A stretch of 64,000 nucleotides of DNA from Oscillospiraceae bacterium. Lineage in GTDB: Bacteria > Bacillota > Clostridia > Oscillospirales > Ruminococcaceae. The translations under genes were made by a program, and so were the position numbers. How positions within the stretch are numbered: the stretch's first letter is position 1; every line of letters begins with the position of its first letter. Positions 43,437 through 52,404 of the stretch are shown here, in pieces. A model generated the notes under the pieces. The model saw only the letters and a list, made by a program, of their open reading frames with translations. It searched no databases and had not been told where the DNA came from. The DNA lies in the NCBI GenBank assembly GCA_015067185.1, contig SVMZ01000012.1:2928-66927 (forward strand), in the 5' to 3' direction.

Positions 43437-44861
43437 TCAATCGTCGTCTTCGTTCTCTGTCTTCTCTTCTTCGATGTGCAGCTTGTGTGCTCTTACACGA
43501 AGAATACGACGATCCTCTGCTTTTTCCACCGTAAACTCTACGTTATCGGATACGACCGTCGGATGTTCATCATCATCCGGGATATAGCCAAGCAGATCCA
43601 ATACCAGTCCGCTGAGTGTATCGTAATCCGGCTCCTCATCCTCCTCTGTAAAGGGGGAGAAATCCAACAGCTCAATCACATCTTCCAACATGGCGCCGCC
43701 ATCAATGGAATAGGTATCTTCGTCAATCACCGAAATCTCTTCTTCTTCATCGTCATATTCATCCTGAATATTTCCGACAATTGATTCGATGATATCTTCC
43801 ATGGTGACAAGGCCGGAAGTTCCGCCGTATTCATCCACAACAATTGCCATGTGTATTTTCTTCTGTTTGAGAAGCACAAACAGCTCACGGCAGCTATTGG
43901 ATTCCGGCACATAGAGTACCGGGCGGATAAAGTTTTTCAGTTCAAACAATTCGGTTGTTTCTTTAGCCAACAGGCGCAGCAGATCCTTGACATATATGAT
44001 ACCGATAATATTATCGATGGTATCGTCATAGATCGGAACACGGGAATACCCCTGTTCAATTGCCACCTCTGTTACATCTTCCATTGTTGACAGCATATCG
44101 CAGGCAACAATATCGATGCGATGGGTCATAACATCTGCAACCGTCTTATCATCAAAGTCAAAGACGTTGTTTATCATGTCCTTGGCGCTTTCTTCGATGA
44201 CTCCTTTTTCCTCTCCTACATCCACCATCATACGGATCTCTTCTTCCGTAACGTTCCCTTGACTTTCATCGGACTTGATTCCGAACAGTCTGGCAACAAC
44301 ATTGGTGGAACCGGCAAGCAATGCCACAAAGGGTTTTCCAACCGTATAGATCATCAGCAGAATTCTTGCAACACCAAATGCAACTTTCTCCGGGTACTGC
44401 ATTGCTATACGTTTCGGCACCAGCTCACCAAAAACAAGGTTAAAATAAGCGAGCAGGAGAGTTATCAAAACCAGCGACACTGCCCTGACCAGAGCAGGCG
44501 AAATGTTGACATTGGCAAACCATGCCACTACCATCTCGGTAAAGCTGTCAGCCGCAACTGCGGATGATAACAATCCAGCAAGGGTTACTCCGACCTGTAT
44601 TGTCGCCAAAAATTTTGAAGGCTCCTTGGTCAGACGAAGAATCACAATCGCTCCCTTATTGCCCTCCTCAGCCAATTTACTCAACTTTGCATCGTTAAGA
44701 GAGATGATTGCAATCTCACTCATAGCAAAGAAAGCGTTGATAAAGATAAGTACTGCGAGGACCAACAGCTTGAGAAACGCATTGTCCCCTGCAAGAGCGG
44801 TCGGTGATGCTGCTTGTGCAGAAAGCAGGTTCATGATAAAGTGACTACCGTCGGGATCCAT
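43437..44861 (-). CDS. hemolysin-family/CNNM transporter protein (DUF21-CBS pair-CorC_HlyC)
   Basis: DUF21 TM domain (FFAMSEIAIISL), CBS pair, and a CorC C-terminal domain with an acidic tail. The ATG at 44861 is preceded by GGAG; the upstream GTG at 44948 has no RBS. Confidence 0.88.
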   Translation of the reverse strand: MDPDGSHFIMNLLSAQAASPTALAGDNAFLKLLVLAVLIFINAFFAMSEIAIISLNDAKLSKLAEEGNKGAIVILRLTKEPSKFLATIQVGVTLAGLLSSAVAADSFTEMVVAWFANVNISPALVRAVSLVLITLLLAYFNLVFGELVPKRIAMQYPEKVAFGVARILLMIYTVGKPFVALLAGSTNVVARLFGIKSDESQGNVTEEEIRMMVDVGEEKGVIEESAKDMINNVFDFDDKTVADVMTHRIDIVACDMLSTMEDVTEVAIEQGYSRVPIYDDTIDNIIGIIYVKDLLRLLAKETTELFELKNFIRPVLYVPESNSCRELFVLLKQKKIHMAIVVDEYGGTSGLVTMEDIIESIVGNIQDEYDDEEEEISVIDEDTYSIDGGAMLEDVIELLDFSPFTEEDEEPDYDTLSGLVLDLLGYIPDDDEHPTVVSDNVEFTVEKAEDRRILRVRAHKLHIEEEKTENEDDD

Positions 44862-44978
44862 TATAAACTCCAATTCTCGGTGACAAAAATATTTTTCAAA
44901 AATGTGCTCTGTCACCGTAAAAACACATTCCGGCAGATATTCCGCCACGCATTGTGTGGGTATACCTGCATAGTGTAT

Positions 44979-45007
44979 ATTATAACGAAACCCATCGCCA
45001 TTGTCAA
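44979..45007 (-). promoter_or_regulatory. consensus sigma-A promoter (TTGACA-17-TATAAT) for the CNNM gene
   Basis: The reverse complement reads TTGACA atggcgatgggtttcgt TATAAT. Confidence 0.65.
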
Positions 45008-45049
45008 TCTATATTTATGTTTTGTCTGTTAATTATTACCAGATATCCA

Positions 45050-45766
45050 TTAAAGCAGGCATTCCACTGCCTTGGCCAAATTTTTATAATCATCCACGGT
45101 AATAAAATCGAAATCAGACTTATAAACCGACTCATCATTGCCGCCAATGCCATAATCATCTCCGATAAACACTACATCGTCATGGGTGTAGCCTTCCTCA
45201 CGGCAGAATCTGTCCAGAGCATAATACTTGTTATAAGGGGCAGGAGCCATATCAAAGGAAGAAGATCCTCCGATGAAAACATTATAATCCGGAAACATAT
45301 CGATTACGGTATCATACATCGGGCGGCGTTTTTCTCTGGTGGGATCAAAAGCCAGCTTATCCTCTATTTTCGCCTTGGTTCCCAACAGTGCAATGGTAAC
45401 GGCACCGGATTCATGGAAATCCACAGACTCGCCTGCATATTCGGTATATCCAAACTGCTTTCTCAGCACATCCGTGCGCTGATTGACCGAATCCCTGTCG
45501 CACTCCACTTTATCGGAATACACGATCTCCAGGGTTTCTTTTTCATAATTGTATTTGGCAAACTGCATGCCGTAGCAGCCAATGATATCAATGGGGAAAT
45601 TTTTCAGCTGCTTCCATATTCTCATGCAGACACCTGCACCTACGATCATTAATCTATATTTTTCAGCCAGCTTTTCAAGTACGGCCTTGTTTTCATCTCC
45701 GACCTCAGTTCTATGCTGTGTAATCGTTCCGTCCAAATCCATTGCTATAATCTTTTTTTCTTTCAT
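45050..45766 (-). CDS. HAD-IIB (Cof-type) family hydrolase
   Basis: MKEKKIIAMDLDGTIT motif I and GDDYGIGGND motif IV. Confidence 0.8.
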   Translation of the reverse strand: MKEKKIIAMDLDGTITQHRTEVGDENKAVLEKLAEKYRLMIVGAGVCMRIWKQLKNFPIDIIGCYGMQFAKYNYEKETLEIVYSDKVECDRDSVNQRTDVLRKQFGYTEYAGESVDFHESGAVTIALLGTKAKIEDKLAFDPTREKRRPMYDTVIDMFPDYNVFIGGSSSFDMAPAPYNKYYALDRFCREEGYTHDDVVFIGDDYGIGGNDESVYKSDFDFITVDDYKNLAKAVECLL

Positions 45767-45877
45767 ATTTATTCTCCTTGCATATTATCCTTCTCATTAT
45801 AGCCTTTTCCTCTGAAAAAATCAAGTTTTTTAATTTTTCGGGAGTATCAGGCTCCGTTTCTCCGGACAGAATGATGT

Positions 45878-45906
45878 TTGACAGCCATAACAGAATATGC
45901 TATCAT
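45878..45906 (+). promoter_or_regulatory. putative promoter (TTGACA-17-TATCAT) for the small membrane protein cluster
   Basis: -35 at 45878-45883 and -10 at 45901-45906. Confidence 0.5.
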
Positions 45907-45944
45907 AGAAATACTTATTCCGAAAAGAAAAGGCTGTTGAACCT

Positions 45945-46379
45945 ATGAAAGACAAACTGCTAAAAGGAAAAATACAACAAAAGCTGATTACTCTGGCAAT
46001 CTTGGCCGGAACAGTCATTCTTCTTTCGGTAACCGGTATCGGCTGTCTGAATCGATTTTTGTTTGGTTTTCCCTGTCCCGGCTGCGGCATCACAAGAGCC
46101 TGCATGGCTGCACTGCGGGGCGATTTTATCGAAGCCCTTCGCTGGCACCCTTTGTTCTGGATCGCCGTTCCCGGCATACTTTATATCTTTTTGGGAGAAA
46201 AACCATTATTCGGCAAAGAAAAAATCGAAACAATTTTTATTGTCGCAATAGCCCTCTCTCTTTTGCTTGTTTGGATAATTCGTATATTTTGGGCTGAATA
46301 TTTCGGCTTATTCAACATTGACGGCGGTACAGGTTTTATGGTAAAATTAGTAAAGCAAATATTTTGTGAGGTGTTTTGA
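45945..46379 (+). CDS. DUF2752-like membrane protein
   Basis: A CPGCGITRA motif after the first TM, and 4 TM helices. Confidence 0.7.
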   Translation: MKDKLLKGKIQQKLITLAILAGTVILLSVTGIGCLNRFLFGFPCPGCGITRACMAALRGDFIEALRWHPLFWIAVPGILYIFLGEKPLFGKEKIETIFIVAIALSLLLVWIIRIFWAEYFGLFNIDGGTGFMVKLVKQIFCEVF

Positions 46380-46380
46380 A

Positions 46381-46734
46381 ATGATCGAAAAAAGAAATTG
46401 GGTAACAGCTCTATTGCTCTCCATCGTAACCTGCGGCATCTACGGCATCATTTTCTTGTACAAGTATGTTAACGATGTCAATAAGGTCTGCGAAGGCGAT
46501 GGAAAGACCACACAGAACTATATTGTAGCCATGCTGCTCACTGCCATTACCTGCGGAATCTACGGCTTCATTTATTACTATGGAATCGGCACCCGTCTGG
46601 AAGAGGCAGGCAAGCGTTACGGCATCAGCTGCCAGTCTGGTATTGTTTACATGATCATCATGTTCGTTCCGATCTACAGCTTCTATTATCTCTGCGATAA
46701 TATGAATAAGTTCGCTGATGCAGTAAATGCCTAA
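46381..46734 (+). CDS. DUF4234-like membrane protein
   Basis: Repeated TCGIYG(I/F)I(F/Y) motifs in TM helices. The ATG at 46381 lies directly after the upstream stop. Confidence 0.65.
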   Translation: MIEKRNWVTALLLSIVTCGIYGIIFLYKYVNDVNKVCEGDGKTTQNYIVAMLLTAITCGIYGFIYYYGIGTRLEEAGKRYGISCQSGIVYMIIMFVPIYSFYYLCDNMNKFADAVNA

Positions 46735-46744
46735 GTAAAAAATC

Positions 46745-46777
46745 ATCCCGCCGATGATAACGTCGGCGGGATTTTTC
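46745..46777 (+). terminator. intrinsic terminator
   Basis: ATCCCGCCGA-8 nt-TCGGCGGGAT followed by TTTTC. Confidence 0.75.
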
Positions 46778-46808
46778 ACATTCGCATACTTGAAAAAGGA
46801 AGAGACAG

Positions 46809-47087
46809 ATGATATACTTTTTTGCAGGCTATATTATTCTCGCATCGGTTTTGGGCTACATTCTTTGTGCCCTGGATAAATCCTATGCGAAAAAGCCGGG
46901 ACACAGAAGAATTCGGGAACGAACGCTTTTCCTGACTGCAGCAGTGGGCGGTTCCATTGGTGTATGGATCGGAATGTATTCCCTCCGCCATAAAACAAAA
47001 CACATGAGTTTTGTGATAGGAATTCCTGCTATTTTGCTTGCGCAGGTTGTTCTTGTTCTGTTTCTGATGTATTTTAACGTATTATAA
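46809..47087 (+). CDS. DUF1294-like membrane protein
   Basis: DKSYAKKPGHRRIRERTLFLTAAVGGSIGVWIGMYSLRHKTKH is the characteristic core. Confidence 0.7.
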   Translation: MIYFFAGYIILASVLGYILCALDKSYAKKPGHRRIRERTLFLTAAVGGSIGVWIGMYSLRHKTKHMSFVIGIPAILLAQVVLVLFLMYFNVL

Positions 47088-47104
47088 ACAGGAGGTTGTT
47101 CATA

Positions 47105-47332
47105 ATGGCATTTGATGTAAAGGCAAAAATCAATGAGGTATGTGAAAAACTCAAGAACGACGATAAGCTTCTTGAAAAATTCAATAAGCAGCCCGTGAAG
47201 CTTTTGGAAGAACTGATTGGTGCAGATCTCCCCGACGATAAGATAGAGCCGCTCATTGATGGGATCAAAGCCAAGCTCTCTCTGGAGAAGCTCGGTGGTC
47301 TGGCCGGCGGACTGTTCGGCAAAAAGAAATAA
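47105..47332 (+). CDS. small hypothetical protein (75 aa, helical, lysine-rich tail)
   Basis: An AGGAGG RBS lies 9 nt upstream of the ATG at 47105, with a terminator hairpin downstream. I recognise no family. Confidence 0.55.
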   Translation: MAFDVKAKINEVCEKLKNDDKLLEKFNKQPVKLLEELIGADLPDDKIEPLIDGIKAKLSLEKLGGLAGGLFGKKK

Positions 47333-47363
47333 TTGCCCCAAACCAACAAAATATCTTCAGAAA

Positions 47364-47402
47364 CCAAAGAGCCGCAATCAGTTTCCTGATGCGGCTCTTT
47401 GG
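47364..47402. terminator. bidirectional terminator hairpin
   Basis: CCAAAGAGCCGCA-13 nt-TGCGGCTCTTTGG between convergent genes. Confidence 0.65.
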
Positions 47403-47491
47403 CTGTGTTTGAGGGTCTATACATGAAGAAAGAAGTAATCGGGAGATTTTTATCCGTATGCTCCATTCAAATATTTCTGAACAGATAGCCA

Positions 47492-48061
47492 TCACATATC
47501 TTTTTCAACAAGATAACTTGCTTCAATATCGGCAAGATGCAGCTTAACAGCAATCGGATATCGGTCAAAGGCATGGTTGATCGCATATTCTCCGCCCTTA
47601 GCAGCGGAATCAAAGCCGCCCATATGCCAACGGATCGCCACCGCCTCGGCGGGCTTGAGTTTAAGGAAACGTTCAATGAGAAAAACGGATTTTTCTCCGT
47701 GACCGTAAGGAAAACTGTCTTCGATGGTGTAATACGGCACGGCTTCCCATCGACCGGTCTCGTTGTTTTTCACGTTGCGTGTGGCAGATTTATAAAATCC
47801 GGCTTTGCAGACATCATGAAGCAATGCGCAGATAGCAAAGCTCTCCTTACTGTCGGTCTCTGGGTCAAAATGGTGTTTCATCATAACATTATATACATTG
47901 AGGCTGTGCATAACAAGACCGCAATCGCAGGCACAATGAAATTTCGTACTTGCGGGGGCGGTGAAAAAATCAGTTTTCCCAAGCCACTCCAAAAGCTGAG
48001 CGGCCCCGCTGCGCTCAATATTTTCGCGATATATACGGCTGAATTCTTCTTTATAATCCAT
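47492..48061 (-). CDS. HD-domain phosphohydrolase
   Basis: FHCA...H...LLHDVCK (HD motif) ... HMGGFD. ATG at 48061 after GGAGG. Confidence 0.75.
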   Translation of the reverse strand: MDYKEEFSRIYRENIERSGAAQLLEWLGKTDFFTAPASTKFHCACDCGLVMHSLNVYNVMMKHHFDPETDSKESFAICALLHDVCKAGFYKSATRNVKNNETGRWEAVPYYTIEDSFPYGHGEKSVFLIERFLKLKPAEAVAIRWHMGGFDSAAKGGEYAINHAFDRYPIAVKLHLADIEASYLVEKDM

Positions 48062-48118
48062 AGTTTCCTCCAAAAGTAAACGGCGAAAGATGCTTGATCA
48101 ATCTGCCCTGTTTGTTTT

Positions 48119-48616
48119 TTACAGCAGATAACTGCTTGCAGATACAAGTGCAGGGAAATCCCATTGGCGCAGCGTTTCGTAAACAGCAATTGCAACCGAG
48201 TTGGAAAGATTGAGACTTCGCGCATCAGAAATCATAGGAATCCGCACACAGCTTTCTAAATTCTTCTGCAGAAGCGCTTCCGGAAGTCCGGCATCCTCAC
48301 GCCCAAAAAAGAGATAGCAGTTGTTGGAATAAACAACATCAGTATACCTTTTGGGTGCTTTTGTGCTGAAAAAATGATATTCTCCGGGATTCTGAGAGAA
48401 AAAATGCTCCAACCCATCATACCATGTAATATCAAGCATATGCCAATAATCCAGTCCCGCTCTTTTGAGTTTGGTGTCATCCACCACAAATCCGGCAGGA
48501 CCGACAATATGAAGTCTTGCCCCTGTAACAGCACAGGTCCTTGCAATGTTTCCGGTATTCTGCGGAATCTGCGGCTCCACTAAAACAATATTGAGAATGT
48601 TGTTTTCTGCAGTCAA
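48119..48616 (-). CDS. trmL: tRNA (cytidine(34)-2'-O)-methyltransferase TrmL (SpoU family)
   Basis: LNIVLVEPQIPQNTGNIARTCAVTGARLHIVGPAGF and the SPOUT knot motifs. 165 aa, TTG start. Confidence 0.85.
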   Translation of the reverse strand: MTAENNILNIVLVEPQIPQNTGNIARTCAVTGARLHIVGPAGFVVDDTKLKRAGLDYWHMLDITWYDGLEHFFSQNPGEYHFFSTKAPKRYTDVVYSNNCYLFFGREDAGLPEALLQKNLESCVRIPMISDARSLNLSNSVAIAVYETLRQWDFPALVSASSYLL

Positions 48617-48639
48617 AGATATTTTACCCTCTTTTGCGT

Positions 48640-51240
48640 TTATTTAAGACGGAGTGTTCCCAAAAGGGATATGATCACGGTCCAGCAAATCTGATAAATC
48701 AGAACAAAAACAGCGCTCATGCTGGAAATGCCGCCAATAAAGGAGAAAAACGTTACCAGCGCACAGCCAATCACCATACCTACCAGCTGCATCATAACCG
48801 CAGCAGAGACTTTGTTTTTCACAGAAGTGGCAGTATTGAGAACATAAGCTTCGGAAAGGAGGGTGCCGTCGGTAGCAGCTTTGGCGGGAAGCTGCTCCTT
48901 TTCATCACAGATAAGCTCAAAATCATCCTGATATTTGGAAGAGACGATATTGATTTTGTCTGCAGGATACTGGAAAAGATCCGAAAGCAGCTTGGCAGTG
49001 ATATTGGGGTCAGTGGAATTGATGGCAAGGGTGACACCGCGGCGTTTGAGCAGAGAGAATGTCTCTTTCATCTCAGCAGAAGGTTTGTAGCTGAGAATAA
49101 ACATGGCGGTAAGCTCACCGGAATTGGAAAGATAAATGACATTCTGCCCAAGACGGGTATATCGGTTTTCATATTCGAGATCGGGTGTTTCAATACCGTG
49201 ATGCTCCATCAGCATACGGTTGCCGATGAGAACACGCTTGGAATTTACCCAGGCAGAAAGACCCATACCGTCTTCATAGATAAGGTTGTCAAATTTTTTG
49301 AGCATGGCTGTGTTGCCTGAGATAACCTTATCGAAAATAAAGTTTAGAGTGTTTTTCACCTGACAAATCACACTGGCAGCATCCAGCAATGCCTCATCCA
49401 CGCGTCCGCGGGAGAAAGTTTTGATGGCGTGCAGCTCAATATCATCGGCTTTGAAAAGCTCTGTGGCATCCATAAGCACAACATTGGTCTCAGCCACTTC
49501 CTCTGCTGCAGCATAACCGGAAAGCATTGCGCCTTTGCCGAGCAGATCAGCACAGACAGAACCGATTGGCAAAGCGGCAGCCAGTGTTGAAGTGAAGGGG
49601 GCTGCAATGGCCATCATGGCTGCAAACACTGTGAATCCAAGAAAAACATCCTTGTTTAACAAGCCGACAATAACAGCCACCAACAGGGAGGCCGCAATTG
49701 CAATGGGTGCTGCTGTACGGTGAATATTGTCTGCAAAATCATCGTCATAGGAGATATCCAGGAAGTCGGAGAGATGGTGCACACGGGCGGCACCGACAAT
49801 TTTCCCGGTGGTATCCTTATAAATACCGGTCAAACGCTTACGAAGATCCGCATCCTCAACAAGATTGAGGGCATTCTTTTTACCCTGTGCTGATACATAG
49901 GCAAAGTTAGCGGCAATGCGCTTGAGCATAAAGAGTTTTCCCACGGTGTTCATTGCAAGAGCCAATATCGGCAGCCAGAAATACATGTTGGCTGCACTGA
50001 CAGTAATTCTTTCTGCAAGCACAATCATGGATACCGCATGCATAAGCGACGCTATCAAACTGACCGAAATTAGCGTATCGCTGTTGGCTTTTAGTTTGAA
50101 AAGCGAAAGCAAACCGCCGCCAACAGGAACATGACAAATCAAAACAGCAGCGCAGAGCACCAGAACATTGAGCACATAGAAAAGGGCATTTCCACCGTCG
50201 TTAAAAGCCACCGCTTCGGGAAGTGCAACTGTACCGGCTGCATTGAGAGAAAGTACGATCAAAACAACAAAAACCACTGCTGTAAAAATGAGTCGCATAA
50301 TCAGAGAAGATTTTTGCCGGCTAAAATCTTTGAGAATGCTTTCAATTTGATCCTGAGAGGTATATTCGGTGATATCCCCATTCTTTTCCGCTGCTCTCCG
50401 CAGGGATTCTTCATAGCCTTCCCTGGCGCGTACGGTGGAGGGTGTTTCAGAAACCGGAAGAACCGGCGGAACCGGATCCGCAGGACGTTCTGCAGCAGGT
50501 TCAGGCGTATGGACGGATTTTCGGATCTGGGTAAAGTCGGAATCTACCCCCGATTCACTGTTTTCCAGCGAAAAGCTGTTGACCTTATGAGAACGCTGAC
50601 GTTTCAGCTCTTCATAATTGGTGGCCAGTCTCTGCCCGTTCTCCTGTGTATGTGCGGAATAGACCTTTACATCCTCTTCCTTTGCGGAAGGAACCGTGAC
50701 CGGTATGGAGTCATCCTCCTCCAAATCCTCCGCCACACTGAACACACCCGGACGTGCTGCACGCTGATCGGCAGATTTCCTTAGTCTTTTTGCTTCTTTC
50801 GGCTCCAATTCCTTCGGGCGGAAAAAATCCTGAAGTGTATCGTCGATCTGTATGCGGCGGTTGGCCATAGGCTCATCGCGGTATTCATCCGTATAGGTCG
50901 GCACAGCCGCACGTGATTTTTGCGCCATTCTTGCCGATTCGGGAATGTATGAATCAACACGTTCCGGCTCGGGCTGTTTAACGCGTTCCTCAGTCGGCTT
51001 CCGCACAGAAACCTGCTCCTGCGCAGCAGCACTCCGGCTCTCTGCCTGCACCTCTTCCCTTTCCGCGGTCTCTGTCGGATGAGCTTCGCGTTTCGGCATA
51101 TATTCCTCATCAGATACTCGGGAAGCAGTATGAGACGGCTTCGGATATACCGGCATATCGTGGGGATCGCCGGCCTGCTTTGCGCTTTTTTTGCGTTTTA
51201 TTTCATTAAGTATATCATCTACATTGTATTTATTATCCAT
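48640..51240 (-). CDS. large membrane protein with a disordered N-terminal third and a degenerate P1B-type ATPase-like core (catalytic motifs absent)
   Basis: About 300 aa of charged low-complexity sequence, then multiple TM helices. A P/N-domain-like region aligns by eye to CopA-type pumps but has APF in place of CPC, LMDATE in place of DKTGT, NSTDPN in place of TGDN, and ATDGTLLSEA in place of GDGINDAPAL. ATG at 51240 after GGGGAG. Confidence 0.8.
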   Translation of the reverse strand: MDNKYNVDDILNEIKRKKSAKQAGDPHDMPVYPKPSHTASRVSDEEYMPKREAHPTETAEREEVQAESRSAAAQEQVSVRKPTEERVKQPEPERVDSYIPESARMAQKSRAAVPTYTDEYRDEPMANRRIQIDDTLQDFFRPKELEPKEAKRLRKSADQRAARPGVFSVAEDLEEDDSIPVTVPSAKEEDVKVYSAHTQENGQRLATNYEELKRQRSHKVNSFSLENSESGVDSDFTQIRKSVHTPEPAAERPADPVPPVLPVSETPSTVRAREGYEESLRRAAEKNGDITEYTSQDQIESILKDFSRQKSSLIMRLIFTAVVFVVLIVLSLNAAGTVALPEAVAFNDGGNALFYVLNVLVLCAAVLICHVPVGGGLLSLFKLKANSDTLISVSLIASLMHAVSMIVLAERITVSAANMYFWLPILALAMNTVGKLFMLKRIAANFAYVSAQGKKNALNLVEDADLRKRLTGIYKDTTGKIVGAARVHHLSDFLDISYDDDFADNIHRTAAPIAIAASLLVAVIVGLLNKDVFLGFTVFAAMMAIAAPFTSTLAAALPIGSVCADLLGKGAMLSGYAAAEEVAETNVVLMDATELFKADDIELHAIKTFSRGRVDEALLDAASVICQVKNTLNFIFDKVISGNTAMLKKFDNLIYEDGMGLSAWVNSKRVLIGNRMLMEHHGIETPDLEYENRYTRLGQNVIYLSNSGELTAMFILSYKPSAEMKETFSLLKRRGVTLAINSTDPNITAKLLSDLFQYPADKINIVSSKYQDDFELICDEKEQLPAKAATDGTLLSEAYVLNTATSVKNKVSAAVMMQLVGMVIGCALVTFFSFIGGISSMSAVFVLIYQICWTVIISLLGTLRLK

Positions 51241-51300
51241 GCTCAAATACTCCCCGTTTCTCGGAATGTTTATTTCAGATGGTTATTCATTGCTGTCGAT

Positions 51301-52068
51301 TTATCTTTTGCCGGCTTTCAATTTGCGTTGGCGAGCCGCTTCATACATAATAATTCCCGCCGCTACCGATGCATTGAGAGAATTGACACTGCCATACATG
51401 GGCAGCGAAACAACTGCATCGCAATTATCTTTCACCAGTCTTCCCACACCTCTTCCCTCGGAACCGACAATAATACCGACCCCGCCGCTGTAATCAGCCT
51501 GATTCCAATCGGTTCCGCCGGCGTCTGCCGCAAACATCCAGAGCCCCTGCTTTTTCAGTGTCTCCATCGTCTGCACCAAATTTGCCACACGGACAACAGG
51601 AAGATGTTCCACCGCACCAGCAGAAGCTTTGCATACAGCCGGTGTCAATCCTGCGCTTCTGCGTTTGGGAATAATAACACCATGGGAACCGCAGGCTTCC
51701 GCAGAACGAATAATTGCACCAAGGTTATGGGGATCCTCAATTTCATCGCAGATGATGACAAAAGGAGCTTCTCCCTTACTTGCGGCAAGATCAAAGATAT
51801 CCTGCAGCTCGCTGTATCGGAATGCGGCTGCCACAGCCACAACGCCCTGATGGGATTCCGTTCCGCTGAGTTCGCGCAGTTTTTCCGCCCGTGTTTCCTT
51901 GACGGGAATTCCTCTCGAGCGTGCAATGGATATAATCTTCAACGCACTACCGGCAGGTTGCGAGCCGATATAAAGGGTTTCAATCTCTCTTCCTGCATTC
52001 AATGCTTCCATAACGGGATTGCGCCCGTATATAATTTCACTTTTAAGGTTATCATCCCGCTCAGGCAT
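51301..52068 (-). CDS. rlmB: 23S rRNA (guanosine(2251)-2'-O)-methyltransferase RlmB (TrmH group 3)
   Basis: IYGRNPVMEAL N-terminal substrate-binding domain and the SPOUT motifs DEIEDPHNLGAIIRSAEA, GSEGRGV and SLNASVAAGI. Confidence 0.9.
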   Translation of the reverse strand: MPERDDNLKSEIIYGRNPVMEALNAGREIETLYIGSQPAGSALKIISIARSRGIPVKETRAEKLRELSGTESHQGVVAVAAAFRYSELQDIFDLAASKGEAPFVIICDEIEDPHNLGAIIRSAEACGSHGVIIPKRRSAGLTPAVCKASAGAVEHLPVVRVANLVQTMETLKKQGLWMFAADAGGTDWNQADYSGGVGIIVGSEGRGVGRLVKDNCDAVVSLPMYGSVNSLNASVAAGIIMYEAARQRKLKAGKR

Positions 52069-52404
52069 AATATACTCTCCATATTACGATTTTGAAATTT
52101 ATTTTATAATTAGTTTTATTATAACATACTCTGTTCGAAAATGAAATAGTGTAACATTTATTTTACGATTATTTCTTATTTTAACAAACCTCAAACCGGA
52201 CTGCACCACTTTACGGAAAAACAGACGGTCCACCGGCTGCTGCAGTAAAGTTTTCCGGAAATATTCATTTCATTATCCTGCTGTCCTCTTCTCCCGCCAA
52301 TTATAAAACAAAAGACATGGTTGCTCCTCAAAATCGACACGTTCCCCTTGACTATTTTCCTGTTCTGATGTACTCTTTACAATAGAGAAAAAGGAGTGTC
52401 TTTT

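Noticed and set aside
52069-52395. A 327-nt spacer between rlmB and deoB examined for a purine/nucleoside riboswitch
   Set aside because: There is no purine-riboswitch core or other recognisable fold, only weak hairpins and an imperfect promoter match (TTGACT at 52348 without a good -10). It is probably just divergent promoter space.
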